Assembly: GCA_030141605.1 (NCBI GenBank)
Contig: JAQGDQ010000566.1
Location: 75,306-139,305 of the forward strand
Length of the DNA stretch: 64,000 nt
Source: Tubiluchus corallicola
Taxonomy: Eukaryota; Animalia; Priapulida
Reading direction: 5' to 3'
The position numbers and the translations under genes were made by a program. The notes under the pieces were generated by a model. That model made no database searches. It was given only the letters and a program-made list of their open reading frames with translations, and was not told where the DNA came from. Position 1 is the stretch's first letter; every line of letters starts with the position of its first letter. This document shows positions 23,553 through 38,500 of this stretch, in pieces.

Positions 23553-26500
23553 ATTGTATAGTAACACAAAATGGCAGAGTACATTGATACAATGCAGTAT
23601 TGGAACATACACATACTTTGAAAAATAACTCGGGGCTGTACTGTGGGAAGCTGGGAGGAAGCCCTTGGCCACATGTGCTCTGTAGTCATTAATTTCTGTT
23701 AACTCGGTTTTCATTTTAGGAAATGGCATATTAAATTATATAACACAGTGCGGTGACATCTGTTGACAAGAAAAATGGAATTGTAATTTAATGCCTCTTG
23801 AGGTTTCTGTGTTATTCAGCTACTACCTTTAACTGGCTTAAGTAGCAAATATTCACAAGAAATAATTTATACGTATTAAGTATTTTAGCAAAAATGATTT
23901 TACTTATAATACCCCTACCAGGCCTACAAGTAGCACTATATTTTTTCCTTCACAATACAGATATCACACGTGTTGTACTTATGGCGATGCCCTGTCACTT
24001 CGCCCAAAGTTTCAGAGCTAATTATCTATAATTTACTTGTATATCGAAAATCGTAAAACAGTCAAAACTTGCCACAAAATTTGTATATTGATATATCTTC
24101 TGTATTACACAACTTGCGGTGTGAAGCAAAAACTTCTATGACAATTTCACAAACAAATACGCTAACGAAACTTTTTATAACACAGGTAATCTAAACAAGC
24201 CATGTCCGCTTTTCTACACTCGTCTCCTGCAGACTCGTGCGCGACGAAACAATCGGGTCATGTGACCATTCTGATTGCGTCAGCACAGTAGTGACAGTAG
24301 CATAGGTATCGCCATCTACTGAAATGATTACTGAACTTACACAAGCTAATGTATCAGTTAAAACAATATTAAAGAAGCAAATTTTTAAAGAAAGAATATC
24401 AGTTGGAAACTGTTGTAAGAACGAAACCATTTAGTTAAAATCGTGTTAAAAGTTACACCAACTTTATTGACTTCATAATATGAGTAGGAGTAGCGGACTT
24501 GTTTAAACGTCGCTATTGGGAGTGACGTCATTTAGAAAGAGTTCAGGGCTTCTTCCAGAAAAGGAAAGTAAGCCCGCCAACACTTATGTTATTGTTGTGC
24601 AACAGCAAAACGAAATTCCTATTTTGAACAGAAATTCTGTACCGATTTTATATTCGGAACATTAAATTCAATGCACGACAGTTCAAGAAAATTGAAACTT
24701 ATAGGCCTATTTTTTAGAATTCAGTTCATCTATTTTGCGAAGAACATATCACACCGCGTGTACCACCACAACGACGCTGCCAGTTCATTTTATCAATTAA
24801 ACAATTGTTCCATCAAACGGGAACGAAGTATATGCGTTTACTTATGTGGGTATAATAATAATAATTGTGTGTGCCCCACCTTGTTATGAATCTATATGAG
24901 TATGCTGGTCTACTGCCGCATATGTACATATTACAGTGTACAGTCATATTACAATCACAGTTGCTATCGCTTTTATGTATGAATTCCCATTACAAATGTA
25001 GACCTACAATTTCTGTTGTAAGTTTTTAAAACATTTACTGCCTGCAGTATGGCTAATATTACGCTATTGTTACCCGAATCACTAGTTACAAGTAGGGTTA
25101 TTGTTTTCCTTGTGAAACGTGCTTGCTTAGTTGTAAATATAACGTCTACAGGGTGTATCAAAAGACACAGTGCTGTAAAATATACTTATAAACTTACATT
25201 AGAACGAGAACCAAGGTTTGTGGTGGGGAAAGTAGAACTATGTAAATACAATGTGTAATCATTTTTCATCATTATGATGTCACAATGCAGAAATTCGGAT
25301 TCATTTTGGATAGAAAAGAAAGCAAGTATTCAAAACATTCAACTTGATGAACTTAAACGTGTTCTTCATAACATGCATGCGACGTCGTTCCCTCTTATGA
25401 CTACAAGTACAAATCACCAATAACAATGTAGGGAATCTCTTGCCAAGTGACCAAACGCTCAATCGCATTTCATTGTGATTTGATCAGCATAAAATTATTT
25501 AACTACATGTATGTCACGTTAATTATTTGCAATGCACTGTTTCTTTTGAACACACTATAGTTGTCTGAGGATTGTACATATTGACTTATCAGATATTCAA
25601 GTGTAGAACGACTGTTATTTATTTGTTGCCTGCCGAGCAGAAAGAAAACGAAGTTCTTTCCTGTTTGGAGCTGAAATATAGAGGTTTTGAGATCTGGCTA
25701 AGCTAGCTTGGAAGATTGATATTGTGAAATTTAGTGTCTGTTTGACAGAATGTTGGGAATAGTTAAAAACACAGCACGTGATGCGATCATTTGAACGAGA
25801 CAATAGGATGCACAAGTACTTCTACGATTAGCACTTTTGACACATTAAAGCGGTGAATAGAGATGAAAATTGCAAAAGAGGGAAAATTGTAAGTGACATA
25901 GTGTAGCGTTCAGATGAATGTTGAAGACATGTGCCTTGACTGATGTTAATGAATCTCTATAGCTCACGTCGTTTGATAACTGTACAGTTGAAAAATAAAA
26001 TTATTTGTAATCAATATAGCTACTTATTGTTTCGTCTTTTGTGACATTTCAATTTTTGCTCTCAATCGAATAGTTGAAAGGAGGTTCTTATTCTCTGCTG
26101 TTGTGAGTTAATGAGGAAGTGAGTGAATCGGTAGGTTGGTTAGCTAGCCAATCACTCAGTTAATCAACCAATCGATTAATAAAATAATGAAAAGCTTAGT
26201 TGTGTATTAGGGTCGTGTGTATGACGATGGTGAAGAAGGTGATGATGATGCCGTGACGGTGATGACGATTGGTGACGATGATGGCAACGCTATTGTTACC
26301 TGAATTACTAGTTACACATAGGCCTTTCGTTTTTCCTTGTGAAACGTGCTTGCTTTGTTATAAACGATGATGATGATGATGCTAAAGGTCATAATTATTG
26401 TGTCACCCGGTAAGAAAATAAGCATATCATTATTTCTTACAATTCATCAAGTTCAAACTCAGGATTCGCAAGCTCAATTCAGAATCAAAACTGACAGTCA

Positions 26501-27199
26501 AACTAAAGCTGCAATTTAGGACTGAACCCTCCAACATCGCACAACTGCAAAGTAAAGTCCAGGTTAATGTTTTTCAGTCTAACTTACTTAAAAAAGCAGA
26601 AATCCAAGAATAGGACCAGATAACTTTTGACATTATTAAGCCAATTTTTATTTTTTTGACTATAGGCTTAAAGCACAAGAAATCCTCCATTTACATAAAG
26701 TTTAAAAATTCGAATTGAAATACCACTTTTCTTGTCCTTTAAGCAACATGAACCTCATCTTCATCAATGCCACAAATAAGTCTAAAGTACGACTAAGCAT
26801 GTTTTTTTATCATTGTATGCAGTAAACCTAAATGGCAATCATTTTCTTTAGTAGGCTTATACCGACAAATTTATATAATTTTGTTAAGTTGAGTTAACTG
26901 TGTCCGTCTATTCAAAATAATTATGGCTATATTATTACGTACTCAAGATAAATGCAGAGTAAATGCGAGTTGAGTTTAGTTGAGTATAAACTCATGAGTT
27001 ACAGGCATCTTGTGTAATCCGTAAGATTTGAACTGAGTCTGCAATAAAATCACCAATAATTTTTGTTTCAAATTTAGTAAAATTATGTCCTAAAAATGGG
27101 AAACTTGATTTTTAGATTTATTACCTTTAATTTTATTTGTACTAATTGTGATAGTTTTATTACCAATTTCTATGTCAACAATTTTTTATTCTTTTCGGC

Positions 27200-27485
27200 T
27201 GATACAATTCAGACACTGCAAACCGGAATTCAGCATAGAGCCCATTCAGTAGGTATAGCTGTGGTAAGACTAGAACCTAGCTAATTTTCAAAGCTAAACG
27301 TCCAGGACGAGGTACTGAACCAGCAGAGGAGTCGTAACCATGTTTGCATGCAAATACGTCATCCCTCTACAAGATAAACAGCCAGGATCAGAAACCGCCC
27401 AGGGCGAGTATCGATCCCAATGATCACCTATCTATTGTGACTTTGGTTTTTTAACACACGCAGTAACCATTCCGCTATACCCTCG
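27200..27485 (-). mobile_element. tRNA-derived SINE-like element
   Basis: Minus strand begins GAGGGTATAGCGGAATGGTTA (A box) ... GGGATCGATACTCGCCC (B-box-like). The 3' boundary is approximate. Confidence 0.45.
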
Positions 27486-28361
27486 CTTCAAAATTAATGG
27501 AGATAGTCAGTCTTTGTTTTGCTCTCGTGTTAACTGTTATAGAAAATTGTCACAATTTCAGCCAAAATCTCAAATTTGAATTGTGAGCTAACTTGGAAAA
27601 AAAATTATGTAATTCACTAAGAATAACGAGATTTTTTGTTATTTATATACACCGGTCATTTATTTGCTAATCTGATGTAAGAAAAGTAAATGACTAGAGC
27701 TTGCTTAGCTTGAACTTGAAAATTTGTTGATTGTGGTGACCAGTGGGGCATTTACGAGCAAAATAAAGAATGTTTTTGTGTGTAATGGAAACTCTGAATA
27801 ATGTACTAGAAGATGTCATGAGTTGTCCTCCATTTTCATTTGCAAATAAAGGATGTCACAAGACGAGTGACGTCTCCTTTGAGGCTATTGTTGTCAAAAT
27901 AAACGCGAAGTAGTGACCGGTCACAGTTCACCAGGTAAATAAAGTAAGTCTAAGCATTGTGTATAAACTGTGGCAGTGCACTTTTATCGAAAACTACACG
28001 TGAGTTATGATGATGATGATGATGATGATGATGATGGTAATGATGATGTTGACAACAATAACAACAACAATAATAATAAGTATAATTTTATCACGAGTAA
28101 TTAAAGATTAATATTATAACTTCTCCAACATACAAGAAGAATTTTCATTTGGTTGCGTTAAAATTACCATGTTGAACATTTTCCAACTAAACCGTTTGCC
28201 ATTGCCTCAAGGGTTAGTAATTAAACGAACCTCACATGACTGCACTAGCTCGCAGAAATACTTGGAAGTCTCGAAGATGTTACCCCTAGGCACCAAGCTA
28301 CTACATTTCGTGACTACGCAGTAGTACTGAGTGCCACAGAGGAGGTGAAAAGAGAGACATC

Positions 28362-31300
28362 ATGGCTGCTCCTGTGTGGACTTACCTTCCTCATGAGTTC
28401 GATGTTACTGAAAGCCCAGCTGTGCAGCTTATACTGAATATGTCAACTGACGATGTTGTCAAATTAGTTCTCAGCGTAGAAAGTCTGAAGTCAAATGTCG
28501 ATATTTTCTTTCTTCTGGTCATATCCGCACTCATCTTATGTAAGTGTTTATGCATCTAAACTACTTACTTAAAGTACGTTACACACTTGGCTATGTATAA
28601 ATCTGAAGACAGAACGTATTTATAACAGTTTGGAGACTTAGGATCCTTCAAATTCTGACGATTAAAGCCTTCAAAATCAACTACAGAAACATGCTACTAG
28701 AGGCCACTATGATAGGGCAGAGTTGCACCTGAGATTGGATTAGTTCACCATCTCTGTAAGGTCAGTCGACGTAATGTTGACCCGTCAGGCAAGTGTTACA
28801 AACTTCATAGTTGCAAGCAATGTTATAAAGTAACAATTTCATTCGAATACAAATGGAGAATGTGCTTAAATTAAAACGCTTTTGAATTTGGAAGTGAGTT
28901 AATATTGATTGTTCAAATTCAAATTTGGTCCTAGATACTATTACCTCGTCATCATCTGTCAATTTGCCTGTTGCAATTTAAATATTACACATCTGGTTTA
29001 TTATTAACATGTTAAAACATTTAAATACTAAGCGTGCTATGTGTTGCTTTTTCGTAAACTGTAACTCGTGCAAGAAACGTTTTGACTGCTATAAAATAGG
29101 AAATGTTTTGAAGTTTTTTAAACTGAATTTGTCCAAAATTTAAACCAAACCAATCTTCGAAAATAGTGAATTTTAAAAATCTAGTAATTAAGAGCTCGTT
29201 TCATCATTAATAAATAATTTTGTACGTAAATAAATATGAAGAGCGTTGTGTTACTCATAAATTACTAAACGCCTTAAGATTTTATGAGACTGGACGCCAA
29301 TAATTCTCCGAAATACAACAGATATCATTATGTCAGTCTCGTACAGCAAGCTAACACTAGCTTTAGATGTCCAATGTAAAACATGAATGCTATTATGATT
29401 GAGGTCTAAACGTAAAACCCAAAATTTTATAATAAAACATCAATACATGTTCATAAACATAGCCCTCTGCACGTATAAGTCATGAAGCTCTCAATCCAGA
29501 CAGGATTTTGTGATAACCGAATCACGATGATGAAAAGCCAGCGAAAGGGGCGCAAAAATTTGGACGGCAGAACCACATAGGGGTGTATTTGAAGTGAGGC
29601 TTTTAGGTCTGCCTACCTCCTAACAAGAGCAACTGTCATAAGAACCTGCGTTCCCAATTACTTCTGTACTTTGCGTGTACAATACATCGAGTGTAGTGCG
29701 CCTACTTGTCTTAAAATGTGCGTATTTTTTTAAGTTTAGAGGGCGGAAAATTTCAGAGGGGCACGCAAAAACCAAAACCCATGACGAATATCTCATCGTT
29801 GCGTCACTTTCGGTGGCTGACAGCTATGTGATTTCTGAATGCATTTTGTAATAACACCAATAAAGATATTGTAGTGTTACATGTTTAAAGCACAAGAAAA
29901 ACCTCTTATTAAGGGTAGCTGACTCAATGACCCGAAGGTCTACCCTTTCGCTACCCTTTCTCTTGCATACACGTAATCACTTAATAAATTTTCTTCCTCT
30001 TATTTTTGTGTAAATTTGGGTTTAATCAGTTGTGTGTTGTATGCGCTCTATGTGTACTACAAGAGATGCCTATGTATTCATAAATAAATCTTAAAAATTC
30101 ATGTTGGATCATTTACATTTTGTCTTCTTGCATCAGTAACGTTGTATAAAACTATATAAGACGTTTGAAACAACTTTAGATAACATTGCGTAAAGTAAAA
30201 AATAATAAACAGCGCAATCGTAGCGCACTCTTCCCTAATTAAGCAAAAATTTAAATTACTTTACAATGTCAATAATATGAAGCACACTGGTGATGGTGAT
30301 ACAGTGCTGTTTCACAAGATGGCGCGAATATTTTAAATTATTAAGAATTTTTTTTTGAAATAGGTAAACATAATACTAAAAAATATAAGTTTATATGAAT
30401 TTGATACAGTGCTGTTTCACAAGGTGGCGCGAATATTTTAAATTAAGATTTTTTGAAATAGGTAAGCATAATGTTAAAAAACATAAGTTTATATGTAATT
30501 TTTTTGGGATTGACTTTAAAATTACGTTTCCTTAACGTTTAACTTTTAGCAGTGTCCGTCACTGTTCAGGGTTATTATCTTATCTGCATGCGAATAAGCC
30601 TAGTTTGCTTTACACCGTCTCAACAAATACTAGGTCAGTCTCCCATCAATTTTGTACCACGAGTTTTTTCCTCTTGTCATTTCTTCCACAAACCCGCACA
30701 CCGCGCAGTCATTAAAGTGAAGTAGCTGTGGACATTCTGGATACTAAAATCAAAACTATCGTGTCATGGCCAACTCCTACAGTCAGCAACAACATGTAGC
30801 TTTCACTGGTTGTAATAAATGACATTGTCAAGGTTGAGATTTCCCTCAGAGGAAAACGCGTCCCCGTTCTTGGCTTTTTACGTTTTCATAACATTTAGAG
30901 TGAGGAATTTTATGTGCTTTTGATGCTTAAAGCCAATAGGCGTGCTGGCACATTTAAAAGGAAACACATTGTTGAATTTAGACAACAACTAAATTAAAAT
31001 GACAGCAAAATTAAATTAAGCTAAAACGTTCACCAAATTTAAATTCTTTATCAGCTTGCTAGTGCTATAATACTAACAATTAGCACATTAAACATTTTTG
31101 CTCTACAAACTTGTCTCTTAAAAGAAAGCAGGATGATTTTTCATATCCTACCTCATTTTGAAGTACGTAAAAGTACACATTTTCACACCTATAATAATGA
31201 CAAAGTGTTTCTCATAATTAAATAACATGTTAAAAGCTTAATTTATGACAGGCGAGCCCAACTAGCGATGTCATCACTAGAGGATCTCGAAGATATTCAG

Positions 31301-34300
31301 CATATAAAGAGCACCCGTATTGCTGTTTGCCAGGAGGCAATACGGGTGCTCTTTATATGCTGAATCTCTTTAACATCTGCTTGACACTGCATGGAGTTCT
31401 TATTGTTAAATGTGTTAAAAATTGCCTCCTGGCAAACAGCAATACGGGTGCTCTTTATATGCTGAATATCTTCGAGATCCTCTAATCACAAACTAACATA
31501 ATTATCAACAGCACAAACATTCCATGGGCATGTTGCACGTGTTTGCGAAAGCGAAAATTGAAGTATAGTGTTAATGTACAACATTCAGTGTGATTCATAA
31601 AAACTGGGCAAATTTTAAGTTTAAAATTCAAATTTATCTATATGTTCGCGCATGAGCTCTCGGACGTTTACACTACGTCACTACGAACACCTCTGTTGTG
31701 AGAGGTACACACCTGTTTTGTGCAGCGCGTTTCCAAGATGCAGGCACTAGTGCCTATCTAACTAACAAATGTCGAAATGCATGACTAGTGAAGAATTAGC
31801 CGCAAGAGCGGAAAATCGTTGATATAGTTATATAAACGAGTTTAAACTATTGTTTGTTCTTTTCACTGACGGAATTACAAATACTGTCTCCGAAAACCAA
31901 CTATAATTCTCCGAATTCTTAAACATTATCAGATTCTGATAGATTTAAGAAAGAATTTATATTTCAGATCAACGCCGCTTAAGTGACAAAAAATCAGGCA
32001 GGTTATGATCACATTTCTCCAAAGTTTCTTTAAACTTGTCGCAGAAACCTATAACCAAAATAGTTTACAAAATCATCTCACGTTCTCAGTTTCCGAATCT
32101 GTTAAAGGGTGTTAAATCCTACTTTTAGAGACACAGATTTATGGAACGTACCAAATACCGCCCACTAACGTGTATATTAAAATTTCCAGAGACAGTAACA
32201 AATAGGTAATTGAGCTGGTTTTGTAATGGCGCACCCTCTTATCACATGCTTACAGATACGGCGATGGCTGTCAATACGCTCATTTAAATTTTGTAAAAAC
32301 TTGGAAAAAAGCTAAATAATAACAAAGTTACGGCTACAGTAGGCCCATTTATCAAATTACCAAAAACAGGCGATTGTTTGCTGTTTGAATTACTGGAATT
32401 TCAAAACTTATACCCTATTGCATGACCAATGATGCGTTAAAAAAATTACGTGACAGACGTCAGAGTTCGTATATATATATATATATATTATTCACATTAA
32501 TTTAAGTATATATTTCTATTTCTATATATATTTCTGTATATATATATACTATAATATAAGTATATATATAGGTATGTCACGTAAATAACTGGCAATAAGT
32601 TTTAACACATCATAGGTCATGCAATAGGGTATAAATTCTGAACCTACAGTAATTCAAACAACAAACAATCGCATGTTTTTGGTAAATTGATAAATATAAG
32701 CTAACAAGCAGGTATTGCTTGCAGACCAGGATAGATGGGCAATTAGGACAAATTGCTCACTCACGCATAAGTAAACCGCACTGGATCAGGCACAGTCAAG
32801 TGACAAACATGGTCACTGGTGGATTTGGATATAAATTCATTTGTGTTTTACCCATTTTAATGCACCGCGTTGTGAATAAATTTTATTATTTCAAATCCGT
32901 CAACATAAAGGATTTTTGAACAGATATCATAACAAGATATAAGTAATATCAACACAATTTCAAGCGTAAGTTAAGCTATGTTGTGATTGCAATAACTTGA
33001 ACGTAACTTCTGTGTTCCAATAAAACGGGATTATGTAGCATATCTTAATAATAATAAACTATTGACAAATAACAAGTGTAAAGCTCACTGCAATTGAATT
33101 GCAAATTCCAAAGGATGGTAAACTTCTATTACAGCAACAGACCTAATAATTAACAGGTCGCAAAGCTACTTAATTAACTTTCACGAATGAAAAATTGCAC
33201 TGAAATGAAAAAGCTTTGCTGCTACTAATGTTATTTTCAGAAATCCTTTCGTTCATTTTCAGTTATGCAATGTGGATTTGCATTCCTCGAGGCAGGGGCT
33301 GTTCGCAGCAAAAACTGTACGAATATTCTAATCAAAAACATGCTAGACGCAAGTAAGTTCAACAGTTTTTATTTACGTAACGCTTATTTTTATTTAAATA
33401 TGTCTGGATAATGAAACATCTGAAAGATCTCGAATGTTTTTTTCAGTTTCTGTGCTAACCTCAAAATTCATGATGTAGCTTATTTCAGTGATTAATATCG
33501 GTGTACCGGTAATGACCACGATGATGATGATTATGTCTCTAGCTAATGACAGTGATTACAGCAAAGATAATGGTGATGATGATGATGATGATGGTGATAA
33601 TGATGATAGTGATGATGATGATGACGATGATGATGATGATGATAATCATGATGATGATGACGACGACGACGACGACAATGATGATGATTATGTCTCTAGC
33701 TAATGACGGTGATTACAGCAAAGATAATGGTGATAATGATGACGACGACGACGACGACGATGATAATGTTGTTGATGTTGGTGATGATGATAACATTGAT
33801 AATTACAATGACGATTTGTTGTTGTATACTGATGAAAATTCGTTTCGCACGGATTATGCCTGATATAAATTATCCGAGTGAATGAAACAAAGAGGCGGTA
33901 GCGATAACGACAATGAGAACCATTAAGGCCAATAACAACAACAAAAACAAGAACACACTAAATTTCACGTTGTTAGTTATTTTAATTTTACATACTGTTA
34001 AAAAATAATAGTCTTTCTATCTTTTATATCATTCCATATATGAGTTTCATTCAATACATCATCCAATTTTAAGCACTAATGTTTTTTATCACGATTCACT
34101 TTAAATTTTCAGATTATCTCCATTACTTTTTTTCTCTATCACTGTGTGGGACAATCTAACAAGCCCTGCTTTTTGATTGCCCGCAACACATTTACCTTCG
34201 TGTATAAGTGAACAGCGTTTGAGGCTTTTTCTGTGCAGTATTTCTTATTTGTATTATATCCATTGTAGGCCCTTTCACTAGATATTGTATATGTAACCAT

Positions 34301-35467
34301 TGTAAATGTGTAAGGTGAAATAAATGACTTATGACTTATGACGCAGTTTAACTTTGAATCATGTACCTGCTACTATAAGCTAGACGGGTTTAGCTATTCA
34401 GAAATGATGATTGTTTGCCTCTTATTTTGTCTTTTGGCTCTTATTGAAAGAACCTAGGTGGGTACTTAGTTTATTGTTGACCATCAACTTGGTGAGGTGG
34501 ACTTTAAGCAAGTGGGACCAGGAATTTGATTGAAGAACGAGATTTTCCCGTTTTCCATAAAAGAGTATATCTGTTATGTTGTGATGAATAAAACATATCA
34601 ACGCGAAGCGAAACTGGTTTCCACTTTAATTACAAAACACATGTAGTTGATAAAACTACCATATAACGGAAAGGCTCATTTGAGTATAACTAGCTTCTGT
34701 ACATTACTACAACTGCAATGATAATTTTATTACTCACAGGTATAGCTGGAGTAGCCTACTGGGCAATCGGCTACCCTTTCGCATTTGGAGAAGGAAACGC
34801 TTTCATTGGGTACCATCACTGGTTTAGTTACGCTTTGACCAAAGAACAAATGGCGCATTGGTTATTCCAGATGGTATTCGCAGCTACTGCTGCAACTATT
34901 GTATCAGGAGCAATGGCAGAGAGATGCGATTTCATTGCTTATTTTGCATATAGTTTTGCTCTAACAGGTAATTAAAAAGACAGTACAGCGTACGGTAAAT
35001 TATTGTTCAAATGAAAGAAGAAATACTGAAATTGTTGTTTCAGAATTTGTCACTCGGTTGACCTATTCGCACTTAAAGTCAAATTAGAGTCACTTAAAAT
35101 CAAACTGTCACGTTAGACAGTTAACACAATTGATGTGTAATTTCTATCATATGTCAACCAGCAGTTTAAGGTAATCATGTACCTAACTTATAATACCTAC
35201 TATAAAACATTGAAATCCCTACTTGCGTAGACTCTATAAGTTATGATAACTAATGCTCTAGTTTGACGTGAATTGAGAAATTGTGATGTTTCAGGTTTCA
35301 TATATCCGGTAGTGACCCACTGGGCATGGTCATCGGAAGGATGGTTAGCCAAGGGAATATTTAATGGAGAAGTTGTTTTCCAGGTACAGAATAGTTTACA
35401 TACTGATTGTTGTCGTTATCATTTTCCTTGCTGTTGCTGCTGCTGCTGTTGTTGTTGTTGCTGCTGC

Positions 35468-35535
<68 letters not shown>

Positions 35536-38500
35536 GTTGTACTGTTGTTTTAAATCAACTAAAGTTGCAATAATTTTAGCATTATTAATGAAAAGAAATT
35601 CAATCAGTTTTTGATTTGTTGAGAAAACGTAATTTGATGAGTAAAGTATGACCTCATTGCCGCAGGCAAAATTGCTAAAAAAATCGTTTGTGTTTTGTTG
35701 TGTTGGGTGGGTGGGGGTGGTAAAATTAGTGTGGTCCAAACTAAAATGGAAAAAAACAAAGTTTCATCTTAGAGAAATGGCTAAAACACGGTAAAAACGC
35801 AGAAAAAAGTGACACAAGGGATCATAGTGGCCGTCAAAGTCACCAAGTAATAAAATCTTTTTATCACGACATGCGCAGAGACACACGTACAACCAAAGCG
35901 CGGCTAACTCTTGGCCGTAATGCTCGTTAAAGGTTATTCGGAAGCCAAACTCTGGAAATGCAAAACTTAATGGAGTAGTAGCTTATGTTGGTATTCCACA
36001 GCTTATCTTGTGTTTGAACTATCAGCTTAGAAAGAAAGCACGCAGAGAAAGATAACTTCTCAGAGATTTTCAATGTCCATTTGATGTCCTTGCTCTTACG
36101 CATCTCATCTCATTCCGATGTCAAATAAATATTGTGAAAACGTGCAGACTATACTAGCCTTTCTAGATAAGAGGTCACCCAAAGGCCAATACCCAATAAA
36201 GACAAAATCTCCAACATATCTGCACAGTGAAAAATCCTCGGGTGTTTCGCGTTTTATGACTTTTCTTGGACCTTTTAAGCGTTTTTAAACATTCTGTGAC
36301 CAGCGAACCATCGTCTAAATTTTGGAATGTTAATTACAGGACTTTGCCGGGAGCGCTGTGGTACATCTAGTTGGAGGTGTGTGCGCAATTGTGGGCGCGT
36401 TCTTTCTCGGACCACGGATTGGTCGATTTGATGTTGATGGTAATGTGCAGGACATAAAAGGTCATTCCGTTCCGGTAAGCTGAGGTGACCGCACGTTGCC
36501 TTGGGTTGTGCATTTAGAATAGTCATTCATTGTCAAAGTTCAATCATCACATGAATCATGACGTCGCACATAGGAATCTAATACGGCCGTGTTTTTACTA
36601 TAAGTAAAACTTTTACTATTACTAATTTAATATAAGATAAGAAAATATATTTATTTATTCAGGGAAACTAATAGTATAAGTAAAACTTTTACTACTACTA
36701 ATTTAATATAAGATAAGAAACTATATTTATTCAGGTCCGGATTGGTGGTTTTAAATTTAAAATTAAGAAAAATAAATACATGTAAGGACTCAAACATAAA
36801 AAAATTTCAGACATACACAAAAATGTAATGTAAAGGCACATTTTACAAGTCTACCAGTGTCTAATGATCATTTTCTATACCCATTAAGGGATAACAGACT
36901 AAGCTACTTCTACAGTCTTCTCGCTATTCTTTCTTTAGCTTTGTAATTTCTTACTGAAATAGCATTTCGTGACCTACCAAACGAATCTGTTAATAATTAT
37001 GGTCCTATAATGTACAAAAAGACAAAAATAAATAAAATTGAATTGAATTGAACTGTACAATGATTGAAGGCGTAGGAAATCAGATCCTAGATAATTTATT
37101 TGGAGCATATAAGTATTATTATAGTGACTGACCCATGCTGGCTGCTGAAATATCTTTGCAGTCATGGTATTGTAAAGCTCTGCTGTAAAAAATCAAAATA
37201 TTAAATTTAAAGTATTCGATTTTTTTCTTTTCAAAATCTAAATTATGCAAAGTTGTAACAAGTGCAAGTGCAGCTGGCAAATTATATCAAACAGAATCTT
37301 TCAAATTTATGTGCTGCTGAGTGTATTGCACTTAATTCAAAAATTTATTCGATTCCCAAAATTGTTTTTGTACGGAAGATATGGTTTATTTTGCTGCCCC
37401 AGGCTGCAAAAGCCTTGTGTAAACGTGCACCCTAAAACTTCCTACTTTTTACGGAGAGACGAAGATCTAGTAGAGAAAAAACTACTAATTTTATGAGCTA
37501 TCGCTCGCAATGTTCTTATAGTACAGCAAAACACACTCAGCTATCAGCAGACTGTATGAATCACAGCAGTGATAGCGAAAAATTTAAGCAACTTGCAAGG
37601 CGTTTTTATGCAAGGATTTATTGCATGAAATACCACCTTAATCTTAGAAATAATAGAGTTTGTACACCATAAGTTTACTTTTTGTGATAATCACAGTTTA
37701 CTCTTTTCTACGTCTCTCAATCCACATTCATTTGGGGTGCTCTCAACATGTAATTACTTCTTGAGTACCCCACGGCTCATTTGCAGCTTGGCACCTTGCG
37801 TACATAATAATAAATATGTTATTAAATTCTTTTGAAGTGCTATGCTGTAATGATTGTTGTGGTTGTATTTAATAAAATAATTAAATTAAAAATTAAATTA
37901 AAAAATTAATAAAATAATTGCAGACCAGTGGCACTCGTTAAGAAGCTTGTTTCAATCTCATAAGAAAGTGTTTTTTCATCGTAACGTCATATTGACCTTA
38001 TACGCTTCATTTCTATGTTGTACATACATTTAAACAATTGATCTCGGCTATAGCGATCAAATTTTCAAGGTCTGTTGAAACTCGTTATAAGTGGATTATA
38101 CTGTACAAAGGCTTATCAGTCACAATGAACGCATGCAACTTTACCAATTGTAGCAGGAATTAAATGAATAAATGAACGAGCGACGACTAAATTAAGAAAA
38201 GAACAAATAAAAATTTTATTCACGTACCATAGAGACGTTACATACACTGCAATCCGTCTTTTAGGGCGTGATGAAATAACCATACATCATTCGACATATA
38301 GCAAGTTACAATTTATGGCTAACAGTGCTTTAGCTGTGTGTATATGACCTTCGCCCAGGTATAGACAATATACACGTATTAAAATTGACGAAAGGAATCC
38401 TTCGGTTGATTGCTTATAAAACTCTAGACCTACGTCCACTCATGATTATTATTCCACCAGATTAATTTTCTGTTATTCTTCTTATTTCACTTTCTTGTCA

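Noticed and set aside
33488-33885. Poly-Asp ORFs resembling acidic biomineralisation proteins
   Set aside because: Intronic (GAT)n microsatellite, open in multiple frames, with no signal peptide or exon boundaries.
35273-35739. Poly-Cys, poly-Val and poly-Gln ORFs
   Set aside because: Read-through from Amt exon 4 into a (GTT/GCT)n microsatellite; the real exon ends at the donor at 35384.
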